A stretch of DNA of 58,853 nucleotides, the filler included, from Nemertoderma westbladi (lineage: Eukaryota > Animalia > Xenacoelomorpha): NCBI GenBank assembly GCA_032718475.1. It is 3 parts of 3 records of this genome, joined end to end, with 100 filler letters (N's around TTAATTAATTAA, not from the genome) between each part and the next. Parts side by side here need not be neighbours in the genome. Positions count along the whole stretch, not along the records: positions 9,629 to 38,296 come from JAUCBJ010002654.1; positions 38,397 to 58,853 come from JAUCBJ010005306.1; 1 more part is not named here. One strand, given 5' to 3'. The notes beneath the pieces were generated by a model that did no database searches, had not been told where the DNA came from, and was given only the letters and a program-made list of their open reading frames with translations. The stretch's first letter is position 1. Every line of letters begins with the position of its first letter. Positions 37,152 through 49,497 of this stretch are shown piece after piece. The position numbers were made by a program, and so were the translations under genes.

Positions 37152-37949
37152 CACCATGTCCCGTAATATAGTGTCATTTTCTGATGACACGGACCACCCC
37201 CCCCCCCAGATTTTTCTACAAATCTTTATCATATTGCTTAAAATTTGAAACACAACTAGTTCAACTTTTCGCCTTTAAATTTTATTTATAAGCGTTTTAA
37301 AAAAGTGTCTTTTGCGAAATCGCACCCTCAGTATCGTGGCCATTCTTCGCATTTGTCGTAACTTTTACATATCATTAAAAAGCTCGCGTTGCAAGGATTC
37401 CAAATATGTAACAATATCTGAATTTCGTTGAGAAACAGCTGAGATACAGGCGTTCAAAGATTCCAATAATTATCGTTCGCTGAAGGCCATTTAATATTGT
37501 ATAGGCATACCGCTGTTGCCAACCAACTCATAAATATATAACACATTCCAGAACATCGTGTGTTTATTAATTAGAATAAATGGCCTTCAACGAACAATAA
37601 TTCTTGCAATCTTTGATCGCCTATATCGCAGCTGTTTCTCAACGAAATTTAGATATTGTTACATATTTCGAATCCTTGTAACGAAAGCTTTCTAATTACA
37701 ACTAATGTGAAGAATAGCCACGATACGGAGGGGCGAATTCGCAAAAGACACTTTTTTAAAACGCGTATAAAATAAATTTAAAGGCAAAATCGAAAATTCC
37801 GGCTTCATGGGGTTATCGACGGTGAGTGGAACTAGTTGTGTTTCAAATTTCAATCAATATGATAAAGATTTGTAGAAAAAGTTGGAGGGGGGGGGGGGGG
37901 GGGGGGGTCCGTGTCATCAGAAAATGCCACTATATTACGGGACATGGTG
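37152..37949. mobile_element. Fold-back MITE, Tc1/mariner-like
   Basis: Imperfect inverted arms of about 340-370 bp, starting CACCATGTCCCGTAATATAGTG and ending CACTATATTACGGGACATGGTG, flanked by TA on both sides. A related single arm lies at about 39160-39510. Confidence 0.88.
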
Positions 37950-38296
37950 TATATAGTTATATAAACTCCCAAATGTCATTATTTTTTCCAATACCCAATT
38001 TATACGTATTGATTCAATATAAATGTTAATATTCAGTCTAATACCGGAAGAACTTTACAGATAAACAAATCTTTAGGCAGCCGAATTAATTTTTTTTATC
38101 AAATTAAATATTCGTGCGTCACTTTTTTCCAAAACTTTATGAAACACAACAAACTTCCTTACTATTTCCTAACTCCTTAATTCCTTACCATGGGGGACGC
38201 ACCAGGGACCTCAAAACGTATACAACTGTAACCTGTAGTAGGTGAACACAGATAAATTATTGACCGATATTAGTAGCAAGTGAAAAATAAATAAAT

Positions 38297-38396
38297 NNNN
38301 NNNNNNNNNNNNNNNNNNNNNNNNNNNNNNNNNNNNNNNNTTAATTAATTAANNNNNNNNNNNNNNNNNNNNNNNNNNNNNNNNNNNNNNNNNNNN
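38297..38396. other. Assembly gap with artificial linker
   Basis: N44-TTAATTAATTAA-N44. Confidence 0.97.
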
Positions 38397-38408
38397 TTCT
38401 GTGCCCAT

Positions 38409-38779
38409 CTCGGGTACTTACTTACCTTCTGTAAAGAACTTGTAGCAAACTGGTAGCTTTCTATGCCTCTCTCGGGTACTTACTTACCTTCTGTAAAGAA
38501 CTTGTAGCAAACTGGTAGCCTTCTATGCCTCTCTCGGGTACTTACTTACCTTCTGTAAAGAACTCGTAGCAAACTGGTAGCTTTCTATGCCTCTCTCGGT
38601 ACTTACTTACCTTCTGTAAAGAACTTGTAGCAAACTGGTAGCTTTCTATGCCTCTCTCGGGTACTTACTTACCTTCTGTAAAGAACTTGTAGCAAACTGG
38701 TAGCTTTCTATGCCTCTCTCGGGTACTTACTTACCTTCTGTAAAGAACTTGTAGCAAACTGGTAGCTTTCTATGCCTCG
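38409..38779 (-). repeat. Six 62-bp tandem copies of an exon end plus splice donor
   Basis: Minus-strand unit AGAGGCATAGAAAGCTACCAGTTTGCTACAAGTTCTTTACAGAAG|GTAAGTAAGTACCCGAG. Confidence 0.93.
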
Positions 38780-38871
38780 CTCTGCTTCCAGTAACCACAC
38801 TCGTAGCCGATCCGAAGTTGCTCTGTAGTCGTCCCACAGTTTTACTCGATTTTCGATCTCCAATTTACGAT
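38735..38871 (-). CDS. Isolated internal exon (137 nt) encoding part of a spectrin repeat (nesprin/dystrophin-like)
   Basis: Strong acceptor TTTTATTCTGTTTTATTGCAG and donor AAG|GTAAGT. The peptide RKLEIENRVKLWDDYRATSDRLRVWLLEAERGIESYQFATSSLQK has the W..Y......L..WL...E helix-A pattern. Confidence 0.7.
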
Positions 38872-39444
38872 CTGCAATAAAACAGAATAAAACATAAAAA
38901 GTCAAAAGTAGAAAAAAATGGGGGCCTATGTGGCTTATTTAGACATAGGCTGCTGCACATATACCTGGTTTATTTCACTTTTCTAACTAAATATATTGAA
39001 ATTTAATATATTAAGTTGAGTTTATTAGATACTGAGTAAGAAGCATATGCAATTAGTGCGACAAAGTAAGCTTTAGGAGTTAGACGATTTTATTATATTA
39101 AATAAATATACTATTGTATAATTTATTGAATATAATAAAATAGCCTTGAAAGTATATCCCTGCAACTTTCAAACGCTCATATCTCAGCCATTTTACGACA
39201 AAATTCAGATTATGTTACATATTTGGAATCCTTGCATGGCAAACTTTCTAATATTACCAAAAATCACTATAAGGTCGAAGAATGACTGCGGTGTAACTGG
39301 TGCAATATCGATGGTGATACCTTTTTTAAAACACTGTAGCTAAAGAATGAAAGTAAAAATAAAATTCTGGCTCACCCAGCAAGGAGGAGGGAGGTGAAAC
39401 TATCTCTGTTTCAAATTCCAGGCAATCTCATTAAGATAAATGTT

Positions 39445-39475
<31 letters not shown>

Positions 39476-40871
39476 GGGCAGGTACCCGAATTCAAGGAAA
39501 TGGTGTATACTAGAAAGCCAACAAGCAGGCTATAAGAAGACCGTCAGCCCCGCCAAGAAGGACAGTTTGTTATAGCGGCACATATACTTAACCTCTTAAA
39601 AGTAGAGCACCGTCCCTTCCAAGCCAACATCAATGTGCACAGACAGACATACAAACAAACACACGTTTTTTTTTTACAGCAATAAGCCCCTATGGTCCTC
39701 GAATTACTATATTAAACAAATTATTATTGTTTCAATATACATGGAGGTTTTTTTTATGACAACTTCCCTTATTTTCATCCAACGGACAGACAATTCCGCA
39801 GATAAAGCTTATGGAATTAAGATCCCAGGAATATTGTAGAGGAAAATAATATAAAAGGTTCTTAATTTATTGGTATTTAATGGCAATAACCACCACCAAA
39901 AATGTGATTTCTTAAAAAACTCGAAAAACTTATGTGTGGAACTGAAGATAGAAGAAGGGAAGCCAATAAGTCCCTCCAAAACGGATAATATATTAGTAGA
40001 CTATTCTGAGAAATCCGTAGGCTGTGTTCTTACAGTAGTAAAGCCCTGAGTCTCTTTAATTTTTCTACTATTACCACTTATTTTTGTATAATTATCCGAC
40101 AGGGGGGGGGGGGGGGGAGGAACTGGACGCAATAAAAATTAAGTTCATCCCTCTCCAGGGCAAATTCGATGCACATAACGGCTGATTACTCTCAAAAATA
40201 AATCTGTAACCTGTTCTATTGTGTTTAGTTTATTGTTTTGGTTAAAATAACGTGACACTGTAACCGGCTCATTTCCCTAAATTGAGAATTTAACATTGAG
40301 GCGGGATATTAATTCGCCAAGATGGATTTGCGTGCAGTCCCCCCCCCCCCCCCCCACCCCCCCCCCCTGTCTCATAATTATACCAAACCCTCACATTATT
40401 GCTGGGAGGGAGAGCGGGGGGGGGGGGGGGGGGGGGTTAAACGCTAAAAATATATAATCCTTATATTTTCTTAGTGCGTTTATATGCCATTAAAATGTAT
40501 TCTCTTAGACTATAATATACATACATACGATATCTCAAAATCGAAGCCTATCTAACTAAAACCCGCATTGAATTACCATGGGTCTATCTGCAACAAAATG
40601 AAACACTAGTAAGTGATATCATTATAGATAATCATACAGTAGGATAAACAAACATTGTCACCACATTATTACACAACGATGTATATTTGGTATTATCTCA
40701 AATAGATGTGGCAACCTAATAATAACAATAACAATGTTAGATAACGTCACATTATAAACAGGATAATAGTACGTCAGTGGAATTTGTAAATACTCCCTCG
40801 TGAGATAACTAATTCCGGGTAATCAAAACAGATTGCTGGTTTATTCGAGTAGTTTAGAGACTTGTAGTTAA

Positions 40872-41877
40872 TCACAGTTTCTTTACGAAACCAAACCGTT
40901 TAGGAATAAACTTCTCGAAAGCTGATGTCCAGTCTCGGAACTCATTATAGTCTAAGAGGATTTCGAATACCTGGTTTATCGTTAGAACCCGTTTGTAGGA
41001 ACCAGAAGCGGCTTTAGTCATAAACTTATCTATGGGTAACCTAGCAGTAGCCAATCCCAGCGACTCTGCTTTACCTAGTGTGGTCTTCTGTATGACAGAA
41101 TCGTCGACCAACCCCCCTATAACGTAGACCCGGTCAGGGTCTAGGGATTTCCAGGACTTTAGGGGAGTCTGGGGTGAGATACACAACCTTGTCCGACTCG
41201 AATAACTGCGGGCAATCGAGATGGGAGACGGACATGCGTAGCTGCGAGAATCCGTTGAGTTTAGCTTCGCATAGTTTGTGAGTTCTACCGGTAGGTGGTA
41301 GGTTGATGACGTGCAGATGGAACGGCAGTCTGCTCTTACTGTTGGCCCCGTAACAACGGCCTATCTGTAGAACCAAACTCGTGAGCTCCTTCTCCGACAT
41401 TAGCCCCTCCATCGAGCAGTCTATAGCGAGATTAGTCCCCGTCTCCAAGGCCGTTTTCTGTCGGCTTCGTTTCTCGGCGAGTTTCTGCCGTTTCGTCAGT
41501 CGTTCCTCGCCCAGTTCCTCCTCTTCTCGTTTCGTTCGTTCCCTCGCCCGTTCCTTTAGACGTTCCCTTTCTGCTGGTCGCGCCTCTCGCTTCTTTTTGT
41601 CCCGCCATTCGAGTCGCTTTAACTTCTTTAAGGCCGATTTTGACAGGTTAGATGACGTCATTGTCTCAGACTGCTGATCATCGTCGCCAGTATCTCTATC
41701 GGCAATGACACCGTCATCGTGGGTCGTTTCTGTAGCGCAAGCGACTGCTGCATTAACAACTCCCCTTTCCAGAAGTCCTCCATCACTATTTACATTATTT
41801 TCCGGAAGACGGATGACGTCATGATTATCATTACATTTATCAGTAAGCTCAGCGATGTCATTACCAACATTACTCAT
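40872..41877 (-). CDS. tRNA m1R9 methyltransferase, TRMT10 family (most like TRMT10B); one extra base near 41150; no coding introns
   Basis: Motifs IDCS...MSEKE..SLV.Q....YG.N, VYLTPDS, VYVIGGLVD, TARLPI and VLTINQVFEIL. Removing one base from GAAATCC joins the two ORFs as LESLDPDRVY. Confidence 0.88.
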
Positions 41878-42935
41878 TTTCGGAAGGTAATAATCATTCC
41901 AAGATCGAGGCTCCAATAATATCGTCAAAGTAAAAAGGTTAGTGTTTAGAGGAAATGGTCAAACCTACAACACAGCTATTTATTTATTATAAACCATATA
42001 TAAAAATCATTGGACTGGGTATGAAGTTTTTGACGAAAATAATCGGATATTATTAATTAATTTTAAGAATTAAAAATCGCATAATTTATGTGTAAAATAA
42101 TTAAGTATAAATTATTATTCACTTATAGTCCTATAATTTAGCACTTTATACGACTACATAGCCGTACCCATTACAAAACTAAAAGCACAAACAGAACTAG
42201 GCGAGACGTATATAAACGCTGAAGTTGTAAGATAGACGAGAAACTCTATATACATAGAAAGTATCCTATGATGGATGACACTGGAGTTTCAATTTTATCA
42301 GCCGTATAAAGTTACACATGATATACATTATGTTCTTCCTATTTCCATTTCCTAATAAAAACATTTTACGATGTATTAATAGGTCAGGAGCTCACTGGGG
42401 TTCCCTCATCCTTGTACAACGTGTGGTGCTTCATCATAAACTCACCTGTGATACACCAAACAATTTTAGTGACCGAGAAAATCAACTGTTTTTGAGTCAA
42501 TGTGAATCGAAGCTGTAGAATTCCACTCCGCAAATGTATCTAACAGATGCGTTGTGAAAAAATATCTAATTATTTATTATTTTCGGCGTCTAAATAAATC
42601 TACTTTATTCTACAAGAATCCTTCTAAATAAAAAAATAATAGGAAAATAGTTGACAATTCACCGAGAATAGCAAACAAACCAGTTTAATTACAAATAGAT
42701 AGGCCCAGTAATATACTTAGTAAATATATTCACACAAAACTAGGTAAGAAAATAAATTACGATTTACATTAAAATGTGACGCAATAATATAATAATATGG
42801 CGGGAGAAAAAGTAAAAATATCGATGAATATCTGCCGCATTATTTAATCGTTGCAGTGCAGTTCCAAGTTATACGAAAGATAAACTAATTGTGATAAAAT
42901 ATACAAGTTATGATGCGAAAAAGCTACTATATGAT

Positions 42936-45653
42936 TCATTCCGATGCAGATGTTCTAGAACTAGCTAGATCTATGAGATCCCCCCCGCTGCGGGGGGACT
43001 CCCCCCGTCTGTTCCTATAGAACCCCGAGTAATCCAACCGGTACAGGACGTTGCCCAACCGATGCCCGCTATCCTGCTCCTCGTAACGCCCCAACTCGCC
43101 CAGGAGTTGCCCCAAGTAGCGGTCGAAGTTCGACTCGAACTGCTTCAGGGCGGCCCGGTACTTATCGCGGTTAGTCGCCTGCTGCAGATCGAAGGAGACC
43201 ACCTTGTTGGAGAGCCGATTCCGCGAGTCCAACTCCCTTAGCGCGCTCCCTTTGAGCGTGGCCTGCAACGTGCTGCCCCGCAGCACCTCCGTGCGTTTGT
43301 GCACCGTGGTGCTGTGCAGAAAACGAGTCATCCAGTTGGTGAACATAACCGCGCAGGCCATGAGCTTAGATACGAGTTTAAGTAGATGCGGAGTGGTGAG
43401 CATGCAGTCCTTGAGACAGCGATCGATGAAGAGCCACTGGTTGTGGATGACCGTGTCAATGTTAGCCGCGGCACTTAGCCCTTCCGCGAATGTCTGCCAG
43501 TGCGGCTCAATCACGTCGAACACAGAGTGCAGCTGGAGGTTCTGCACGAATATGAGCATCCGGGTGCGCAGCGCGAACCCTTCAGTCAACCACGGATGCT
43601 TCCGGGACTGGCGCTCCTTGCAGTGCTTCGCGAGACTCCAGACACGACAGAGTTGCCTCTCGACCCACTTCAAGTAGAATATATGCCGGAACAGCATCTG
43701 ATATCGCGTGAGAATCTTCGCGCTGATTATCAGGGAGAGGGGCCAAGTGACGTTGTAATCGAGAGCGAGAGCTTCCATGCCGCTTAGGTTAATCTCGGTG
43801 GGGTCGTCTAACTGTAGGGATTTCTCTATACGAGTCTCTATAGAGAGAATCCGGAATAATTGAGTGATTAGATCGTAGGGGAGTAGAACCACTCGGAGGT
43901 TGTCCTTGTAGGGGTCCGCGTTAGTTACGGAACTCCTAACGGCCGACTCCATCTGGGACGAGAGATTGGCGACCGAGAGATCGCTGCAGGGTTTACGCAA
44001 CTCGGTCTCGGCGGCGTCCAAGAACTCCACGAGGTAGTCGCCCTCGTCCACCAGGAAGTAATGCTTGAGGCTCCGCAACTGGTCCACTAAGTTCATCTCC
44101 TTGAGCATAAACTCTAGGAGAGACTTGGAGGCGAATTGGTAGGCGTCCTTGATGACATCGACGTATCCTTTATCGGTGAGCGAGTAAACGATCGTCTGAG
44201 GCGCGGTGTTCGCTCGCTCGCCCACCTTGCCCGCGGCCAGCCGCTCGCCCACTCCACCCGCACCACACAGACGCAACGCGTTGAGGTATTTCCCCGCGGC
44301 CAGCACGTTCTCCGCCAACTCCTCTAGGAAGTTTGGCACGTTGTCCCGCGCGATCCCGTACTTGCTGTCCCAGTAGTCGTCCCTCCGCTGCGGACTCGCG
44401 TCCTCCGCCCTGCTGTCCCGCACGAGGAACTCCCGGTACGGGTCCCAGATCTTCCCGCCGTGGATCCAACCCTCCAACGTCGCGAAATACGGAGCGGCCG
44501 CCGAACGCGTCAGGTACAGTAGCAATTCCTCCGCCTTGGAGTCACCGCTGCTGCGAACTAACCGCGTGTGTAAGAGACTCAGAACGGCCCCGCCCGAGGC
44601 TTCCGATTGGATAACTTCCGAGGCAACCGCCGCTAGTATCGAGAGAGTCTCGGTGCAAGGCTGCAGATAGAACCACAACTTCTGTAGAGACAGCGACTTC
44701 CGTCTGTGTTGGTTCTCTAGTTGCGCGATCAGCACGAAGTATTCCCGTAGTAGTTGCCGCATCGCCGCGCACAGAGCGTGGTTAACCATCCCGTACTCGA
44801 ACGATTGTTTCTCCTCGATGAATCTCGCGACTAGCGAGTAGTGCGTGGCCGTGGGGAAGACGCGAGCGACCAACGCTGACATCGATTGGTTCATCGTCGA
44901 GTCGTGAGAGAAGTGACGCTCCTCGAAACGCGTCCGGATCTCGTCGTTCCGGACGTATTTCCCTGAGACGCCGGACAGCAGGAAGAGTAAGTCGTCGACG
45001 ACGCACTGCTCCTGTACGACCAACGGGAGACTCCCCAACGGGATGGACGGGGACTCCTCTAGTCGCAGGGTAGGCGCGTAGTCTACGCTGAGGTAGGGTC
45101 GCGAGTAGGCCCACCACGGGAGCTGGGGGACCACGGAGTTGCTCAGTGTGAGGTTGTCGCGCAACGAGCGACGCAACTCCGCCGGCGTTTGGTGGTGGAT
45201 GTGCGTCGCTTGCCGCTCACGCAGCAGTTCCGAGGTTAGCAACGCGAGCTGCTGTTGGTTGACCGTGGGTCCGGTCTTCTGGAGAGTTTCCGTTAGGATT
45301 TTCGCGGAGTTTACGCTCAGACCTTGTGTTCGCGCTTGCGTTTTGCAGTGTTCCCCCAGGAAGTCGACGGTTTTACGATCCTCGCTGAGTTTGGCGAGGA
45401 GGTAGACCAAGGAGTCGAGATCCTTAACGTTCTTCCCTTTTAGTTCCTCGTACTTCCTCTGGAAGTCGTCAGGGGTCGATGATTGCTGCATTATCTTCTG
45501 CTTGGATCGCGTTGTAGCAGCGCCTGTCGTTACGAATCGCTCTACACTCTTCGCTAGGATATCGCCGTACGTTTCAACGAAGTTCCTCGAATCGGGAATT
45601 CCGAGTTGGTTCAACAGTTTGTGAGTCGTCGCTTGGATACCGAATTCCGCCAT
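42936..45653 (-). CDS. TUBGCP2: Gamma-tubulin complex component 2, single coding exon, about 905 aa
   Basis: MAEF start; DLDSLVYLL; FEYGMVNHALCAAMR; LSLQKLWFY; DPYREFLV; LRSLKHYFL..GD; DPYKDNL; WPLSLII..YQMLFRH; CLKDCML; RLDYSGFY. Confidence 0.96.
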   Translation of the reverse strand: MAEFGIQATTHKLLNQLGIPDSRNFVETYGDILAKSVERFVTTGAATTRSKQKIMQQSSTPDDFQRKYEELKGKNVKDLDSLVYLLAKLSEDRKTVDFLGEHCKTQARTQGLSVNSAKILTETLQKTGPTVNQQQLALLTSELLRERQATHIHHQTPAELRRSLRDNLTLSNSVVPQLPWWAYSRPYLSVDYAPTLRLEESPSIPLGSLPLVVQEQCVVDDLLFLLSGVSGKYVRNDEIRTRFEERHFSHDSTMNQSMSALVARVFPTATHYSLVARFIEEKQSFEYGMVNHALCAAMRQLLREYFVLIAQLENQHRRKSLSLQKLWFYLQPCTETLSILAAVASEVIQSEASGGAVLSLLHTRLVRSSGDSKAEELLLYLTRSAAAPYFATLEGWIHGGKIWDPYREFLVRDSRAEDASPQRRDDYWDSKYGIARDNVPNFLEELAENVLAAGKYLNALRLCGAGGVGERLAAGKVGERANTAPQTIVYSLTDKGYVDVIKDAYQFASKSLLEFMLKEMNLVDQLRSLKHYFLVDEGDYLVEFLDAAETELRKPCSDLSVANLSSQMESAVRSSVTNADPYKDNLRVVLLPYDLITQLFRILSIETRIEKSLQLDDPTEINLSGMEALALDYNVTWPLSLIISAKILTRYQMLFRHIFYLKWVERQLCRVWSLAKHCKERQSRKHPWLTEGFALRTRMLIFVQNLQLHSVFDVIEPHWQTFAEGLSAAANIDTVIHNQWLFIDRCLKDCMLTTPHLLKLVSKLMACAVMFTNWMTRFLHSTTVHKRTEVLRGSTLQATLKGSALRELDSRNRLSNKVVSFDLQQATNRDKYRAALKQFESNFDRYLGQLLGELGRYEEQDSGHRLGNVLYRLDYSGFYRNRRGESPRSGGDLIDLASSRTSASE

Positions 45654-46594
45654 CGTTGTGAACAGGTATGCTGGTATGTACATAAGTAGGCCTCGGCCTC
45701 GCCTGAGGATTATTCAATTCCTAAGCTAGGCCTACCACCTAGGCCTACTGAACTAGTGGTGCTGCTGAGCGCTGAGATTCTAAACCCTAATACTGCAGTA
45801 CTGTAATACAGGGTGTAATACACAGATACAGTAATACCTGAATAGTGGAATAGCCTACTGTCACTGTAATCGTAATGCTGTAGCTGTAATGGTACAGTGG
45901 TTGTGGTACAGACAGAAGTAACTGCTGAACTGAGTAAGCCTATTGCTGCACTCACACTGCAGTACAGCAGTACTGAAGTAAACTGTAGTGGGAATAGTAC
46001 CGTAATGAACTGCAGAGCTGAATTAATGCAGCCTCAGCCTAAAATGATAGAATAGGTCTACCAGTACAACGTCATACCATGGCCTACGTCATACCTATCT
46101 ATGACCGTAGTATTCTACAGTTAATTAAATTGTGAAGATCAGAAGCGGTATTTCTTTTATTCCAAAATTGTAACATTACTCAATGACGTTAGTATTAACA
46201 GTGAGTAGAGGACATTACAACCTGTACATTTATTAGTGATACTGTTGTAATGTCCCAACTGAGCGACTTTACAGTGAATCCGTTCAATGCTGCAAGTGAA
46301 CGCGAAACTTGGGATCGCCATGGTTACCACATAAACAATAATTTGTATTTATTATTAATTGCCTGACTGCCAGGTGGGCATATATATTGTATTACCTACC
46401 GGTAGCTACTGTAATAATAACCATAGTAGCTATACTACTGTATTATTAAAAATCAGTAGCTATAAACAATTAACATGACTCCAAAAGCCACCATAAATAT
46501 AAGCTAACGTTTTTATAACATAATTAATATTTTTATAACATCATTTATACATATACAATCATTTCGTAAAGTTAAATTTTGGAATAAAACTACA

Positions 46595-46740
46595 TACATA
46601 CTTGTTGCAAAGTACTTTACAGTGTTCTAATCCTTGTGGATTTATTTTACTCACTCACTACGTTCATTCGTGTAACAAAGCCACTCGGATCATCACACTG
46701 TAAAGTGCTACTTTACACACAAGTATGTAAATAGTTATTA
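46595..46740. repeat. Short imperfect hairpin element, same architecture as 12248-12400
   Basis: Arms ACATACTTG...ACTTTACAGTG / CACTGTAAAGT...CAAGTATGT, centre CTCACTACGTTCATTCG, then AAATAGTTA. Confidence 0.55.
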
Positions 46741-48077
46741 TACAAAAATTTTGTGAAAAAATGTAAACAAATAATTGTGATCCTACAGTAGTTTAACTGT
46801 TAAAAACATTAAAATTCAATAATTATTTATTATTGAAAGAACATTGTAGGTAATGCGGGGGAAGGATTAAGAAAGATATATAGAAAGGCCGACTCCAGCA
46901 AACTAATTAGTTTGCGGGAGTCGTCTTTCTTTCTATAAATCTTTCTAAATTATTTATTACTTGGGAAAAAAACTTACACGCCCTTTACCCATGTACGTGT
47001 AATACGTAATTTTATTCTTAAATTGAACTGTACAGTAGTATTTCACTATTTTTTATTGTTTCCATAGTTACTGCGTTTGCAATTATTGTACTATTCAACT
47101 CTCGATGTTGCTTTACTCAATGTTAAATAATTTAGTGTTCTCGAAAATTTATTACGTAACTAGAGAGCAACTTAACTACATAAACCAATGGGTATTGAGT
47201 TCCGTTTTGGAGTTCGCCTTGCAGACACTAAAGTTGGAATAACTTTTGAGTGTTTGAATGGATTTTGCTCAAATAACGAGCAAACCTTTTCTACTTATCG
47301 ATGCTCTTGCAAACACATGTAAAAAATGTTCAAAGAAATTCCACCAAAAATATTTAACTTTACTTTTTTCGCCGAGAAAAAAGTAAAATCAATGCTTTTC
47401 ATATTGATTACATTTTTCCATTGGGAAAAAAGTACTCCCTTTTCTCCCTATTTTATGAGGTATAGGCCTATTCGAGCGAAAAAGTAACAATTGAAGAATA
47501 AAAAATATATAATACGAAAATTATAGCAAAATCTTCTGGAATTTAGTTATCTATCTAAAGGACACCAAGGCATTGGACTATACTGTAGCTATGCCGACGA
47601 ACGGGGTCAGGTTCGTGGCGATTTGATAGTTGGAATATATTGATTATGTTATTGCCAGATAATTGGCGAGCTGATGTATATAGATAGAGCCTCTACTCCT
47701 GATTTATATTGTAATTCTTCGAACAATTAATGAAAAATATCTTATGAAAAGAAAAACGCGAAACTTTAACTTCATATTAGTCCCCCCCCCCCCCCCCCGC
47801 AGTAAGTTATTCTATATTTTTTAACTGGTATATAGTTATCTTTTTCGCAATAAGGCAAATTGAATAGTTTTTGACAACGAGCAAATTTTAAATTAACGTC
47901 TAAACGTGTATTTTCCAATTCCAAGGGAAACAAGTGCGAATATTTATACAATAATTTATGTATAACCTCTCAAAACTCTTTAAATAATGAAAATATGCAA
48001 AAAAAAATATAAAATGCTTGCTATTATTATAGGCCTAATGCTAATTTTATAATTATTGCATGTGCGACCAAAACTCA

Positions 48078-49497
48078 GAAATGAAAACAAATAAGTTGGT
48101 GCCAGTTCCCAAGAAGGGCAACCTAACACTCTATGGTTCTTTTCGGGGAATCTCATTGATCTCGATTGCTGCAAAGCTATACAATAGGATTCTATTAAAT
48201 CGCATCAGGGATCCCATTGAGAGACTGCTCCGTGGAAATCAGAATGGGTTCCGTAAAGGTCGTGGGACCATGGAGCCCATTTTGGCACTTAGAAGGATAA
48301 TTGAAGAATTATCAAAAAAGAGCATCTGGCTGTTATCTTTGTTGACTTCTTCAAGGCCTTTGATTCAGTCTCTCGCTCACGTATGTTCAGCATACTTTCA
48401 TTATATGGGATTCCTGATGAAATTATTGCAGCAATCAGATCAGTATACGATGGTTCGACAACATTTGTGTCTACTATTGACGGTGACACAGAACCATTTG
48501 AAGTGTTATGGGGCGTCCTCCAAGGAGACACACTTGCACCATTCTTGTTCATTATTGTGGTTGACTATGTTCTACGCATGTCCTTAGATCATCATAATGA
48601 TGATGGGGTGATGATAACTCCACCTACTGGCTCCAGAAGTCGAGGAAATCCTGCCAAGTACCTAACTGATCTAGACTTTGCTGATGACTTAGGAGTACTC
48701 TCAGAATCATTAGAGGGAGCCCAACGGCTCCTCAGCTCATTAGAACATGCTGCTTCTAGTGTTGGTCTTTTTATTAACTCCAGAAAGACCAAAATTATGA
48801 CAGTTAACTTTGAAAGTCCTCAGCAAGTCTCTGATCGGATGAGCATAAGCTCAAAGGATGGTATGCTTGAGCATGTGGACGACTTCTGTTACCTGGGATC
48901 ATGGATTCGGAAGTCAGGTGAGGACCTTCGAATACGTAAGGGAAAGGCATGGGCAGCCTTGAATAGGCTTTCCAGGATTTGGAAGTCACCGAGAATTAAT
49001 CGGAAACTTAAGGTCCGATTATTTAGAGCAGCAGTAGTTCCAGTACTCCTCTACGGGAGTCCATGCTGGGCTCTAACTGCTGAGGACACCAAATCTCTGG
49101 ATGGCACATTCACAAGAATGCTACGCCGGGTTCATTGTGTCAAGTACAATGCACACATCTCCAACCAGACACTATATAACATTGGATGTGTCTCATTGGT
49201 TCCCCCAAGCTTGACACTAGAACAAAATCGCCTCCGCTTTGCAGGACATGCTTTCGCCGTGAGGACCAGCCAGTGCATAATCTTGTACTTTGGCAGCCTC
49301 ATGGAGTGAATAAGCATGGTGGACAGCCCATGACTTTCTTGAGACGCATCTTAAAGGACACTGGCCTGCTTGAAGATGCGGATGATCTAGCAAATGTCAT
49401 GGGTGATAGGGAGTTGTGGCGGTGCAATTTTGTTGACAAGCCGGCACAGCATTCCTAAAAATGCAGCTGCAATGCAGCATGCCGATCCTAGTAGTAG
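48078..49497 (+). mobile_element. 5'-truncated RTE-like LINE (RT domain to 3' end), with frameshifts
   Basis: Motifs VPKKGNL..FRGISL, QNGFRKGR, GVLQGDTLAPFLF, DLDFADD and YLGSWI; (TAG)n tail at 49489-49497. Confidence 0.93.

Noticed and set aside
43204-45405. Many antisense and alternate-frame ORFs over TUBGCP2 and over the BEL element
   Set aside because: Shadow ORFs expected from GC-rich coding DNA.
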